A DNA stretch of 64,000 bases, from the NCBI GenBank assembly GCA_038087875.1, contig CM075994.1:10294001-10358000 (forward strand), in the 5' to 3' direction. The position numbers were made by a program, and so were the translations under genes. Below the pieces are notes generated by a model, which did not search any database, was not told the origin of the DNA, and worked only from the letters and a program-made list of their open reading frames with translations. This DNA is from Malacoraja senta (Eukaryota). This document shows, one piece after another, positions 28,175 to 38,990 of the stretch. How positions within the stretch are numbered: position 1 is the first letter of the stretch; each line of letters starts with the position of its first letter.

Positions 28175-28390
28175 CAAGTAGACAAAAAATGCTATAGAAG
28201 TTCGGCGGGTGAGGCAGCATCTACCGAGAGAAGGAATAGGTAACGTTTCGGGTCGAGACCCTTCTTCAGGGCGACGTTTAGGGCTGAGACCCTTCTTCAG
28301 GGGACACCCGCTAATGCCTCACCCGCTGAGTTCCTCCAGCGTTTTTTGTCTACTTTCGATTTTTCCAGCATCTGCAGTTGCTTCTTGGAC
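28175..28390. mobile_element. Penelope-derived inverted element with tandem hammerhead-like motifs (paralog 40513-40720)
   Basis: Reverse strand reads CTGAAGAagggtctcagcccTAAACGTC (28273-28300) then CTGAAGAagggtctcgacccGAAACGTT (28241-28269), flanked by inverted pLTR arms. Confidence 0.72.
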
Positions 28391-29587
28391 ATTGCATTAC
28401 CGCCTTCAGCCACCAGATGGTGATGCAGAGCTGTCCAAAAGTTTGTGCAATTTCGCCCAGCAGGATCCCCACCTGCTGCAGGAAACCGGTACTGCAGGAT
28501 CGGCTTGGGGACTAAGTGGAATATTTGTAACTCTTTGTATACATCACTCAGGATGCGTCCCAGCGCATCTAGAAGATGTCTATTTTTCACTCTGAAGTCT
28601 GGCTCAGCCAGTGGCACCTAGGAATATACTGGGTGACAAACAAGAATAGTTTGGTGACTACTGGAGAGACAGTTGACGCTACGGAAAGACGGCACCCGGG
28701 ACAGGCTGTGTTAGCACCCCAGTCTGTGTCTTTCGTGAGAAAGTCACCCAACAAAGCTACGGAAAGGCCTAATGAACCACCAAGACCGAGGCGAGAATGA
28801 AATGCTCGGAGAAGGAGAAAGCGGTGCAGCGCGCAGGCCTTGAACGTGGCGAGACGCTGGAGGAGCCTGCACTCAATTCTCGCACTCGTACCAACATCTC
28901 CCCTCACCCTCACCTATTCCCCCTTCCCTCCACCCCCACACCAACCTACGCTGGGGTCACATTAAGCAGCCAATTCAACGAGAGCCCCTCACGCCTTCGG
29001 GAAGTGGACGGAAACCGGAGCACCTGCGGGAAAAGCACGTGGGGACGGATTGAATGAACCAAGTACACACAGGCAGAACCCACGTCGTTGGATCTCGCTG
29101 GCGGCTGCTGTGATCACTGGAACACTTCACCAGCCACAGCAGCTTTTGTGATGGGGCAGTGCAGTGAATTTATCGACAAAATAAGATGCACGCCACCCGG
29201 ATAAATCGTTATCGATTTATATTGCAGATATATGGGGAGAAGGCAGGCATATGGGGAGAAGGCAGGCACGGGTTATTGATTGGGGACGATCAGCCATGAT
29301 CACAATGAATGGCGGTGCTGGCTCGAAAGGCCGAATGGACTCCTCCTGCACCTGTTTTCTATATGTTACTTTCTTTGCAGAATTTCCAAAAAATTCCAAA
29401 AGTCTCTGCGCGTGAGGCCACGATCAGTACTAGGTGGCCCTCCGGATCACAGACAACACGGGCGATGAACACAAACACAGGCGGGTGTGAAACACCGAGC
29501 CCGCCCCCCTTCCACCCACGGCACTCACCGCAACCACCCGGCCCCACCTGCAACAGTGTCTCCAGTCCCAAACTGGTTTAGGTCTAG

Positions 29588-30300
29588 GTTCATCATTTTC
29601 GCGTTTACAATGGTTTAAATGAAAGTAAGCATGCAGGTACAGCTGGCAGGGAAGAAAGCGAATGGCATGTTACCCTTCGTAACAAGAGGAGTTGAGTATA
29701 GGAGCAAATAGGTCCTTCTGTAGTTGTATGGGGCCCTAGTGAGACCGCACCTGGAGTGTGCAGTTTTGGTCCCCTAATTTGAGGAAGGACATTCATGCTA
29801 TTGAGGGAGTGCAGCGTAGGTTCACAAGGTTAATTCCCGGGATGGCGGGACTATCATATGCTGAGAGAATGGAGCAACTGGGCTTGTATACTCTGGAGTT
29901 TAGAAGGATGAGAGGATATCTTATTGAAACATAAGATTATTAAGGGTTTGGACACGCAAGAGGCAGGAAACATGTTCCCGATGTTGGGGGAGTCCAGAAC
30001 CAGGGGCCACAGCTTAAGAATAAGGGATAAGCCATTTAGAACGGAGATGAGGAAACACTTTTTCACACAGAGAGTCGTGAGTCTGTGGAATTCTCTGCCT
30101 CAGAGGGCGGTGGAGGCCGATTCTCTGGATATTTTCAAGAGAGAGAGCTAGATGGGGCTCTTAAAGATAGCGGGGTCAGGTGATATGGGGAGAAGGCAGG
30201 AACGAAGTACTGATTGGGGATGATCAGCCATGATCACTTTGAATGGCGGTGCTGGCTCGAAGGGCCGAACGGCCTACTCCTGCACCTATTGTCTATTGTT
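29588..30300 (+). mobile_element. CR1-type LINE 3' fragment, second subfamily (paralog 41910-42600)
   Basis: Translates [20 protein letters not shown]...FFTQRVVSLWNSLP; 3' hairpin and tattgtc tail. Confidence 0.9.
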
Positions 30301-31776
30301 TTGCATACTATCCAGTCAAATTAGATAATACCAACGATAAACACAATCAAGTCAAACTCCAGTATAATAGATAGGGGAAAGGGACAGTTACAATGTGCAG
30401 CATACAGTTCTCAGCATTGCAGCGTCACAACCCGCTAACATTTATACAATGTCCTCGCATCTCTTTTCGGAGACCACAGAGTGCTTTACCTGCGTAAATC
30501 ACATTGAAGTGCAGCCAGTAATGGCAACGGGAATCCAGAACCTCATCAATGAAGGCCCAGAGTACAACATCAGGACATAGTCACAAAAAGCTGGAGTAAC
30601 TCAGCGGGACAGGCAGCATCTCTGGACAGAAGGAGTGGGTGACGTTTCGGGTCGAGACCCTTCTTCTGACTGTGAGTCAGGGGAGAGGGAAGCGAGAGAT
30701 ATAAACGGTGATATAAAGAGATACAGAAATTGGTGAAAGAGTCCGAACAAGGGTCTCGACTCGAAATGTTACCCATTCCTTCTCTCGTGAGATGCTGCCT
30801 GTGCTGCTGAGATACTCTAGCATTTTGTGACTGTCTTCGATTTAAACCAGCATCCGCAGTTCCTTCCTACATCATTAGGAGGTTATGTTGCATTGGTGTA
30901 AACACAGGTTTGGACCCAACTGGTGCATCAAGCCTATTGCTGGTCACTAAACTTAATATATGAAGCGAGGATCATCGGGAGGGCGCAGGAGATATTCACT
31001 GGAATGGTTTCAAGGATGGGGAGATTCGGGTGGTAGGTGAGGCTGGAGAAGCGGGTGCAGGTTCTCTGTGGAGAAGGGAATATGAAAGCTTTCACAGAGG
31101 GTTCAAGCTCGGGTCCGGTGTGGAGAGGGGGATGAGGGGGCGGGGGGGGGAGGTCTTTCCCATCTGTGCGAGGTTCAAATGAGCACAGTATTGAGAGAGA
31201 GAGAGAGAAGCAACAAGGGGAATATGCCTCGGAGTGTAGGAAGAATTGCAGATGCTGGTTTAAACCGCAGATAGACACAAAATGCTGGAGTAAAGCAGCT
31301 GGACAGGCAGCATCTCTGGAGAGAAGGAATGGGTGACGTTTCGGGTAGAGACGGTCTCCGGCATTTTGTGCCTATCTAAGGGGAATAAGGCTTTGCAGTT
31401 TAGTTTATTGTCCCGTATTTCTACGTACAGTGAAATACTTTTGTTGCGTGCTCTCCAGTCAGCAGGAAGACAATACATGATTACAATCGAGCCACTTACA
31501 GTGTACAGATACTCGACGATGGAATAACGTTTAGTGCAAGGATAAGCCAGCAAAGTCCGATCATAGTTAAAGTGAGAAATGTTGAGGTGGGTGTAGAGAT
31601 TTAAGAGTGTGGGGCGATTGTAATATGTGAATGAGATCTGCATCGCACGCAAATAGACGCCTTGGTTGGGCGCCATCTCGGAAGCATTAGCGGCAAGAGT
31701 GACCTGCAGGGGCGGTGGAAATGCTGCCAATTGGGCTTTCGAATCTGAGTGTTCCGTGTTCCACACTCACTGATTC

Positions 31777-32217
31777 CACGGTGGCGCAGCGGTAGAGTTG
31801 CTGCCTTGCAGCGCTTGCAGCGCCAGAGACCCGGGTTCAATCCCGACTACGGGTGCTGTCTGTACGTTCTCCCCGCGTGGGTTTTCTCCGAGATCTTCGG
31901 TTTCCTCCCACACATCTAAAGATGTACAGGTATGTAGTTTAATTGGCTTGGTGTATGTGTACAATTGTCCCTAGTGTGTGCAGGATAGTGTTAATATTCA
32001 GCCTGACGAAAGGTCTCGACCCGAAACGTCACATATTCCATCGCTCCATAGATGCTGCCTCATCCGCTGAGTTTCTCTAGCATTTTTGTCACCCGTTAAT
32101 ATGCGGGGATCGCTGATCGCACCGGCTAGTCATCCGGACTCGGTGGGCCGAAGTGCCTGTTTTCGCGGTGTATCTCTAAAGTAAACTAAATTAAACTAAA
32201 CTAAACTAAACTAAACT
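31777..32217 (+). mobile_element. V-SINE interrupted by a short Penelope fragment (paralog 44073-44499)
   Basis: SINE head, V-domain and (aaact)n tail. Insert 31998-32094 is flanked by the 8-bp duplication gttaatat (31990-31997, 32095-32102). Confidence 0.85.
32003..32030 (+). ncRNA. Minimal type I hammerhead ribozyme core (Penelope-associated)
   Basis: CTGACGA-aaggtctcgaccc-GAAAC-GTC. Stem I pairing is poor, so activity is uncertain. Confidence 0.55.
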
Positions 32218-33199
32218 GATCAGCAGACAAATTGAATCTTTGCAAACTGCAATAAATGTTAGAGGATCATATAATATCCTTTAAACAATACAGGCATAGA
32301 TTGCCCCGTAGACTGCTGCATGAGAGACAGGTGCACTGTTGTGGAATAAAATAAACGCGGAGGGAGTTCTCCGTCCTCCCTGATCCCGGACTGTGAACGG
32401 AGATGCGGGCGTCGGGTTCCACTGCACAACAGGTGCAACGCGTCCTCAGGTTACACCCGAGGCTTCCTTTGCGCCGGGACCAGTCCATTTCTGTCCTGCC
32501 TTAGTCGTTCCCAAGTCTATATTCAGGCCAGTTTAATGTCCAATCTACCCCTTCCTTGCGTGAGATGAGTTGGAAGCGGCCAGGACATCTTCTCACTGAA
32601 CACTTGCAGCCAAATAGCATTCATTGCCCGGGACGGCAGCGGGCGCAGTGACACGGTACTGTAGGGGTTGAGTTTAATTTAGTTTAGAGATACAGCGCGC
32701 AAACAGGCCCTTCGAGTCGAGACTGTCTGAAGTAGGGTCTCGACCCGAAACGTCACCCATTCCTCCTCTCCAGAGATGCAACCTGTCCCGCTGCATTACT
32801 CCAGCATTTAGTGTCTGTCGAATGCGAAAAAGGCTTTCCAGTTTAGTTTATTGTCACGTGTATCGACGTACAGTGAAATCCAGTCTGCAGAAAAATATAT
32901 GATTACAATCGAGCCGCTTGCAGTGTACAGATACTCGATGATGGAATAACGTTTTGTGCAAGGTTAAACCAGCAAAGTCCGATCATAGTTAAAGTGAGAA
33001 ATGTTGAGGTGGGAGTAGAGATTTAAGAGTGTGGGGCGATTGTGATATGTGATTGTAGATCTGCATCGCACGCAAATAGACGCCTTGGTTGGGCGCCATC
33101 TCGGAAGCATTAGCGGCAAGAATGACCTGCAGGGGCGGAGGAAATGCTGCCAATTGGGCTTTCGAATCTGAGTGTTCCGTGTTCCACTCTCAATGATTC

Positions 33200-33490
33200 C
33201 ACGGTGGCTCAGCGGTAGAGTTGCTGCCTTGCAGCGCTTGCAGCGCCAGAGACCCGGGTTCGATCCCGACTACGGGTGCTACATTCTCCCCGCGTGGGTT
33301 TTCTCCGAGATCTTCGGTTTCCTCCCACATCTAAAGATGTACAGGTATGTAGTTTAATTGGCTTGGTAAATGTGTAAAATTGTCCCTGGTGTGTGCCGGA
33401 TAGTGTTAATATGCGGGGATCGCTGTTCGGTGCGGACTTGGTGGGCCGAAGGACCTGTTTTCGCGGTGTATCTCTAAACTAAATTAAACT
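33200..33490 (+). mobile_element. V-SINE (paralog 45673-45962)
   Basis: TGGCTCAGCGG A-box, GGTTCGATCC B-box and V-domain. Confidence 0.85.
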
Positions 33491-33937
33491 GATCAGCAGA
33501 CAAATTGAAACTTTGCAAACTGCAATGAATGTTAGACGGCCATATAATATCCTTTAAACAATACACGCAAAAATAGATTGCCCCGAAGACTGCTGCATGA
33601 GAGACAGGTGCACTGCTGAGGATTAAAATAAGGGCGGAGGGAGGTCTCCGTACATCCTGATCCCGGGCTGTGAACGGAGATGCGGGCGGCGGGTTCCACT
33701 GCCCAACAGGTGCAACGTCTCCTCAGGTTACACCCGAGACTTCCTTCGCCCCGGGCCCGGTTCCTTTCTGTCCTGCCTTAGTCTTTCTCGTCCATATTCA
33801 GGCCAGTTTAATGTCCAATCTACCCCTCCCCCGTGTGAGATGCGTTGGAAGCGGCCAGGACATCTTCACACTGAACACTTGCAGCGAAATAGCATTCATT
33901 GCCCGGGACGGCAGCGACGCGGTACAGAAGTGGTTGA

Positions 33938-34214
33938 GTTTAATTTAGTTGAGAGATACAGGACCAGCGATCCCCGGACATTAACACTATCCTACACCCA
34001 CTAGCGACATTTTTAACATTTACCAAGCCTTTTTTATAAACATTTACCAAAAATGGGAGTGTGGGGGGAACCGAAGATCTCGGAGAAAACACACGCAGAT
34101 CACGGCGAGAACCTACAAACTCCGTACAGACGGCACCCGTACTCAGCATCGAACCAGGGTCTTTGGGACTGCATTCGCTGCAAGGCAGCAACACTACCGC
34201 TGCGCCACGGTGAC
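33938..34214 (-). mobile_element. V-SINE, inverted, upstream of TRIM copy 3
   Basis: Paralog of 21805-22118. Confidence 0.82.
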
Positions 34215-34290
34215 GGTCACGTGACCATGACCATATTCAGCAGCTTCACGTCAGTGAATACATTTTGAAACAGTAAGTGGAGAATTTAAA

Positions 34291-37200
34291 ATGGAAAGAC
34301 CAGGTCGAGAGTTGGACCGAGGAGGCAGTTTGTCCCATCTGCCTGGATTTCTTCACCGATGCGGTTATACTGGAGTGTGGGCACAACTTCTGCCGCTCCT
34401 GCATCACACAGAGTTGGGACAGGGAGGCGAGAAACTCCTGCCCGGAATGTAGAGAGGAGTTTGTAGACCGCAGCCTCAGGGTGAATCGGGCCTTGGTTAG
34501 ACTGGCTGAGAAAGCTCGAACACTGACCCTGAATCTCAAAGAGAAGGAAAGTAAACTTCACTGCGAGAAACATCAGGAAGAACTGAAGCTGTTTTGTGAA
34601 ACGGACAAGAAGCTGATCTGTGTGATTTGTGCAGCTGGGCGGGAACACAAGACTCACAGCTTCATGCTGATAGAAGAAGCAATTGAATTCTACAAGGTAA
34701 AACCAAATCACTTTAGATCATTGTGTAATCTTTTCTTTATTTTCTGATATTTTCATTCTCTGATCTGAAACCCAACCCCAGGAACAGGTGAAATCTTCTT
34801 TCGAAACTCTCACAGAAAAGAAATCAGAGATGCAGGAAATGGAAGAGAAACAGAAAGAGAGCATTTCGGGAGTACAGGTGAGGCTTTGTACTATCGATGT
34901 AATTATTTTGTATAGATTTGATCCCGATGATGTGTGTAATAAGTGGGCACCTCTATAGAGCTCAGTCGTCGAGGACAAGAGATCTTGGGAGCGGTTGAGC
35001 AGCCAAGGACTTTACTCACTGGAGCGCAGGAGTCTGAAGAATGATCTATTGCAGGTGTATAATACCATGAAAAAATGTTAGAGTGAATACTCAGTCTTTT
35101 AGGTTTAAGGTAAGAGGGTGCAGATTTAACACAAACATTAAGGGCTACTTTGGTAGCGGGTATATGGAATGAGCTGCCAGGGGGAGGTAGTTGATTCAGA
35201 TACCATAACAATATTTAAAAGATATTTAAACAAATTCGTGCAGAGAAATTTTTAGAACCAGGTGGGCCAAATGCGGACAGGTGGAAATAGCGCAGATGGG
35301 ACGTCTTGGTCGGTATCTAACACCCCTTGCTGTATGACTCTATGAAGTCTGTCATTCTAAGTGGTGCTGCTGTCTGCTAGTTCTGGTGACCTGGTTCTGT
35401 CCAGTGAGGGTTAATGGACACATGAAATGGAATAGGCTGCAGGCAAATGTACTGGGGAAATGGGAATTATATCATTGTACGATATTTTCACAAAATATTT
35501 AAGAATTATCAAGACGGCTCGAATTGCCACGGTAATGAAATCTTCAGATTAAATACATGTAAATGTGATTAGTGTAGATAGCATGAACATGTGGGGCCGA
35601 AAGGCATATTTCTGCACTCCAGAACTCGACATTAATTAGCAAAATGTCACCTTCCGTGTCATGAGGAAACACAGCAGAGTGACACAATATATTGATTCTC
35701 ATCTTTCATCTGACAGGAAGCGTCACGCAACCTTCAGTCACAGACCACATCCCAGTTTGCTGAACTGCACCAGATTCTCACTGTGAAAGAGCAGCGCATA
35801 CTCGGAGATATCCGGGAGGATGAGGCGAAGATTGTAAAAACAATGGAGAAAAATCTTCAAGAGATACAAAATAATTTAAATTCAATTCAGAAAGAACTCT
35901 CAAAGTTACAGGAACAGATAGACCACAAGGATGGCGTGATATTTCTGAAGGTGAGGGGTTACACTACAGTTTGGCGAAGTGAAAGTGCACAGTCACAAAA
36001 TGGTGGGTTACATTTCAGAAATAAATGCTGCATTTACCAGTAATTCAGTACTGGGTCAATGTACCGTCTGTTCCATTACGCACCACATCTCCCTATAATG
36101 CCCCAAATTCCAGGAATCCTCATGTATTTATCCCATTTCAACTTCACTTTATCTGCAATATTGTCTTCAGGACACCCTGTGAGTTCCACGTTCTGTTTAC
36201 TGCATTTCTTGTGAAAGTTATTAAAGGCCATCTTATATTTCAGCTTTGATTTTTTGTCTGCCCACACGTAGTGATAATATTTCTAACCCCCACCCATTTA
36301 AATCCGCCGCTGATCTTAAAATATTCCATCCCATTATCTCTGTCATCTTCTCCAGATAAAATCCCACGACCTGCCCGGTCTTACTCGTAAGTTGCATACT
36401 CGCAGTTATTTTCATCGACATTCCTAATGCTTTCCCCTGTGTTCGATGTCTCTACGACAATATCCACTTTCTGTCTGTGTGACAGCGGCAAAGAGTTGGG
36501 AAATGGGAATTATCAGTGTTTTTTTGTAGCAATTTGGTGAAATACCCGCTGTCGGGATCATGACGATCCATCTCAGTCTATTGAGATTCGTGTTTTACTT
36601 ATTTCAGGAGGAAGCTGGTCGCAAGAGGAGGTAGGACATGCTTTTGACTGAACCAATGTATGTTTTTATAGTACAGCTAAAAAAACCAGCTAATGCTTAG
36701 TTTCTAACCAACTGTTAAATATTTGCAGGGTGAGTGATGAAACCAAACCAATGTTGGTTGTAGATAGCGCGCTGCCCATTGAAAAGTATGATCAGAATTT
36801 TTTCTACAACGTGGCATTGAGAGAAACATCTGATATCATCAACCGAGGTAAAACTAATACCCTTTCCATTGTTCTTTTATAAGACATTTTTATGCAATAC
36901 TTATATGTGAAGATTAATGGACTCTGGGGAAAGTATCACAGAGACAGAGAGCGAAGTTTGTTTGCAGTTGAACAAATCCTTGCTCCTGGGAGAATGGGTT
37001 TGCTGTGCTGGGTGAAATTGCGTTGACTAGGCCCGTGTAGTCGAGAGTTCAGGTGTATTAGAGGAGATCTCAGTGAAACACAATGTCCTTACAGGGCTCA
37101 GTGGGCTGGATGCAGGGAGGATGTTTCCCCTGTCTGAGGGGTCCGGAGTCAGCGGAAACCCTCTCAGTATGTGGGCTGGACCATTTAGGACAGAGACAAG

Positions 37201-38990
37201 GAGACATTACTGCACGCAGAGACTGGGCAACAATTTGGAATGCCCTGCACTGGTAGTTGTGAAGATTCAGTCATTCAGTGCTCTTGGTGCCAGAGAGCCA
37301 TGGTTGTACCTTACAGAGTCAGGCCCTTCGGCCCAACGTATCCATGTCCACCTTTTTTTCCCAGCTATACTAATCCATTTGCCCACATTAGGACCTTGTT
37401 ATTCTACACGTCATTTGTTAAACCGTAATGCCTCTTAAATGTAGTGATTACACCTTATTCCACTACCTCCTCTGGCAAAAATTCCAGATATCAATAACTC
37501 TCGGGGTGAAGTAAACTTGTCACTAAGACCCACTTTAAAACTCCAACCTCTTGTGTTAAACCCGCGCCCTCCAGTTTTGATATCCCTGTATGATCATAAG
37601 GTTTGGATGAACTAGCCTCTATCTTGTTGCAAACTTTGAGACTTCCTTGCTATCCACAGTATTACCTGTTCGCCACAAACTTAGTAGTCACACCTCCTAC
37701 ATTCACATCCAAGCCATGAAAATAGAAAATAAACAGCAAAGGTTGCAGCACCGATCTCTGCTGCACACCACCAGTCACAGACCTCCAGGCAGGAAAATCA
37801 TCCCTCTACCGGTACCTTCCACCTCCAAGCCCCAGGGCAATGTTGGATCTATTTACCCAGCTCGCTTGGATCCCACTTCCCTTTGGACCAGCGCTACATG
37901 CGGAGTATTGTCAACTCCCTCAGTGAAGTTAATTTATTGTTTCACAATAAGATCAGAGTGTTCTTGGGTGTGCAGACGCAGCAAACCTGCCCTCCAATAT
38001 AGAAAGCAATTAAACAGTAGCAGATTGCCTCCACGTCCAGTCCACTCCCGTTCAGTATGATCACGGCAACTTCACCCCACATCTCTACCTCCTCTTTAAC
38101 CATCTCTAATTCCCACTCACGTCCGTCTCCTCATCTTCCAATTTACCTCACACTTGCCATGAACTGGCAAGATATTTGAATACCCGACTTATTTCTCCAT
38201 CCCCACCCGCGATCTTTCGTTCATCCTCACTTTCCGCATTCGTTTTGCCCGTCCGCACGCCTCGCCCCCTCCCGTTCCCGATAACCCGCGGAATTCCCCC
38301 TCTCCTGCTCGGTTGAGAAGCTCCGGGAAAGATATCTGTTGTCAATCCGATGTTGTTGGGGTGAAACCCTGGTCAAGGTGTCAGTTGGCCGCCCGCCTGT
38401 GCCCGAGTCTCCCACCGACCCCCGGGGACTGACTCTCTGATTCTCTGCTTCTCCCCCCAGTCTCCGTCACCCTGGATGTGGAAACAGCGCATGCGCGGCT
38501 CGAGGTGTCTGAGGATCGGAAGAGGGTGAGAAATACCGGGACCGAGAGGAGTCTCCCTGACACCGGGAAGAGGTTTACACACTGGGAGTGTGTGCTGGGA
38601 TCGGTGGGATTCACATCGGGGAGACATTACTGGGAGATGGAGGTGGCGAGGAGTCGGGACTGGAGTCTGGGAGTCGCGGCAGAGTCTGTGGATAGGAAAG
38701 GAGAGGACGACCTGACCCCGGAGACTGGAGTCTGGAGCATCTGGCGGCAGGGTGACGTGTTTGATGCCTTCACCTCCCCTCCATCCCCTCTCCCCGGCCG
38801 TCCCATCCCCAGGAGGGTGGGAGTTTATCTCAGTTACGAGTCCGGGACAGTTTCATTTTATGACGCGGACACCAAGTCCCATCTCCACACCTTCACTGGG
38901 AATAAATTCACGGAGAAACTTTATCCTTACTTCGAGACTTATGAAGACCAGTGGCTGAGAATCTGCTCCGGTTCCGCTCCGGGTGTGTAA
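34291..38990 (+). pseudogene. TRIM copy 3, frameshifted by a 5-bp deletion after the ATG; otherwise intact
   Basis: ATGGAAAGAC versus ATGGCTGCGAAAGAC in the paralogs; exon 1 is 34291-34696 (406 vs 411 bp); stop at 34450-34452. Exons 34782-34877, 35717-35950, 36608-36630, 36729-36847 and 38461-38990 are all open with GT-AG. Confidence 0.85.

Noticed and set aside
30641..30670. Active hammerheads at 30641, 42942, 32727, 45207 and 54033
   Set aside because: Catalytic core bases are mutated (CAGAAGA, CTGAAGT or AAAAC), so they are counted only as relics.
27089..31964. Many 60-170 aa ORFs repeated identically 12.3 kb apart, suggesting conserved genes
   Set aside because: Identity is explained by recent duplication; they overlap TE fragments, lack recognisable domains and often use non-ATG starts.
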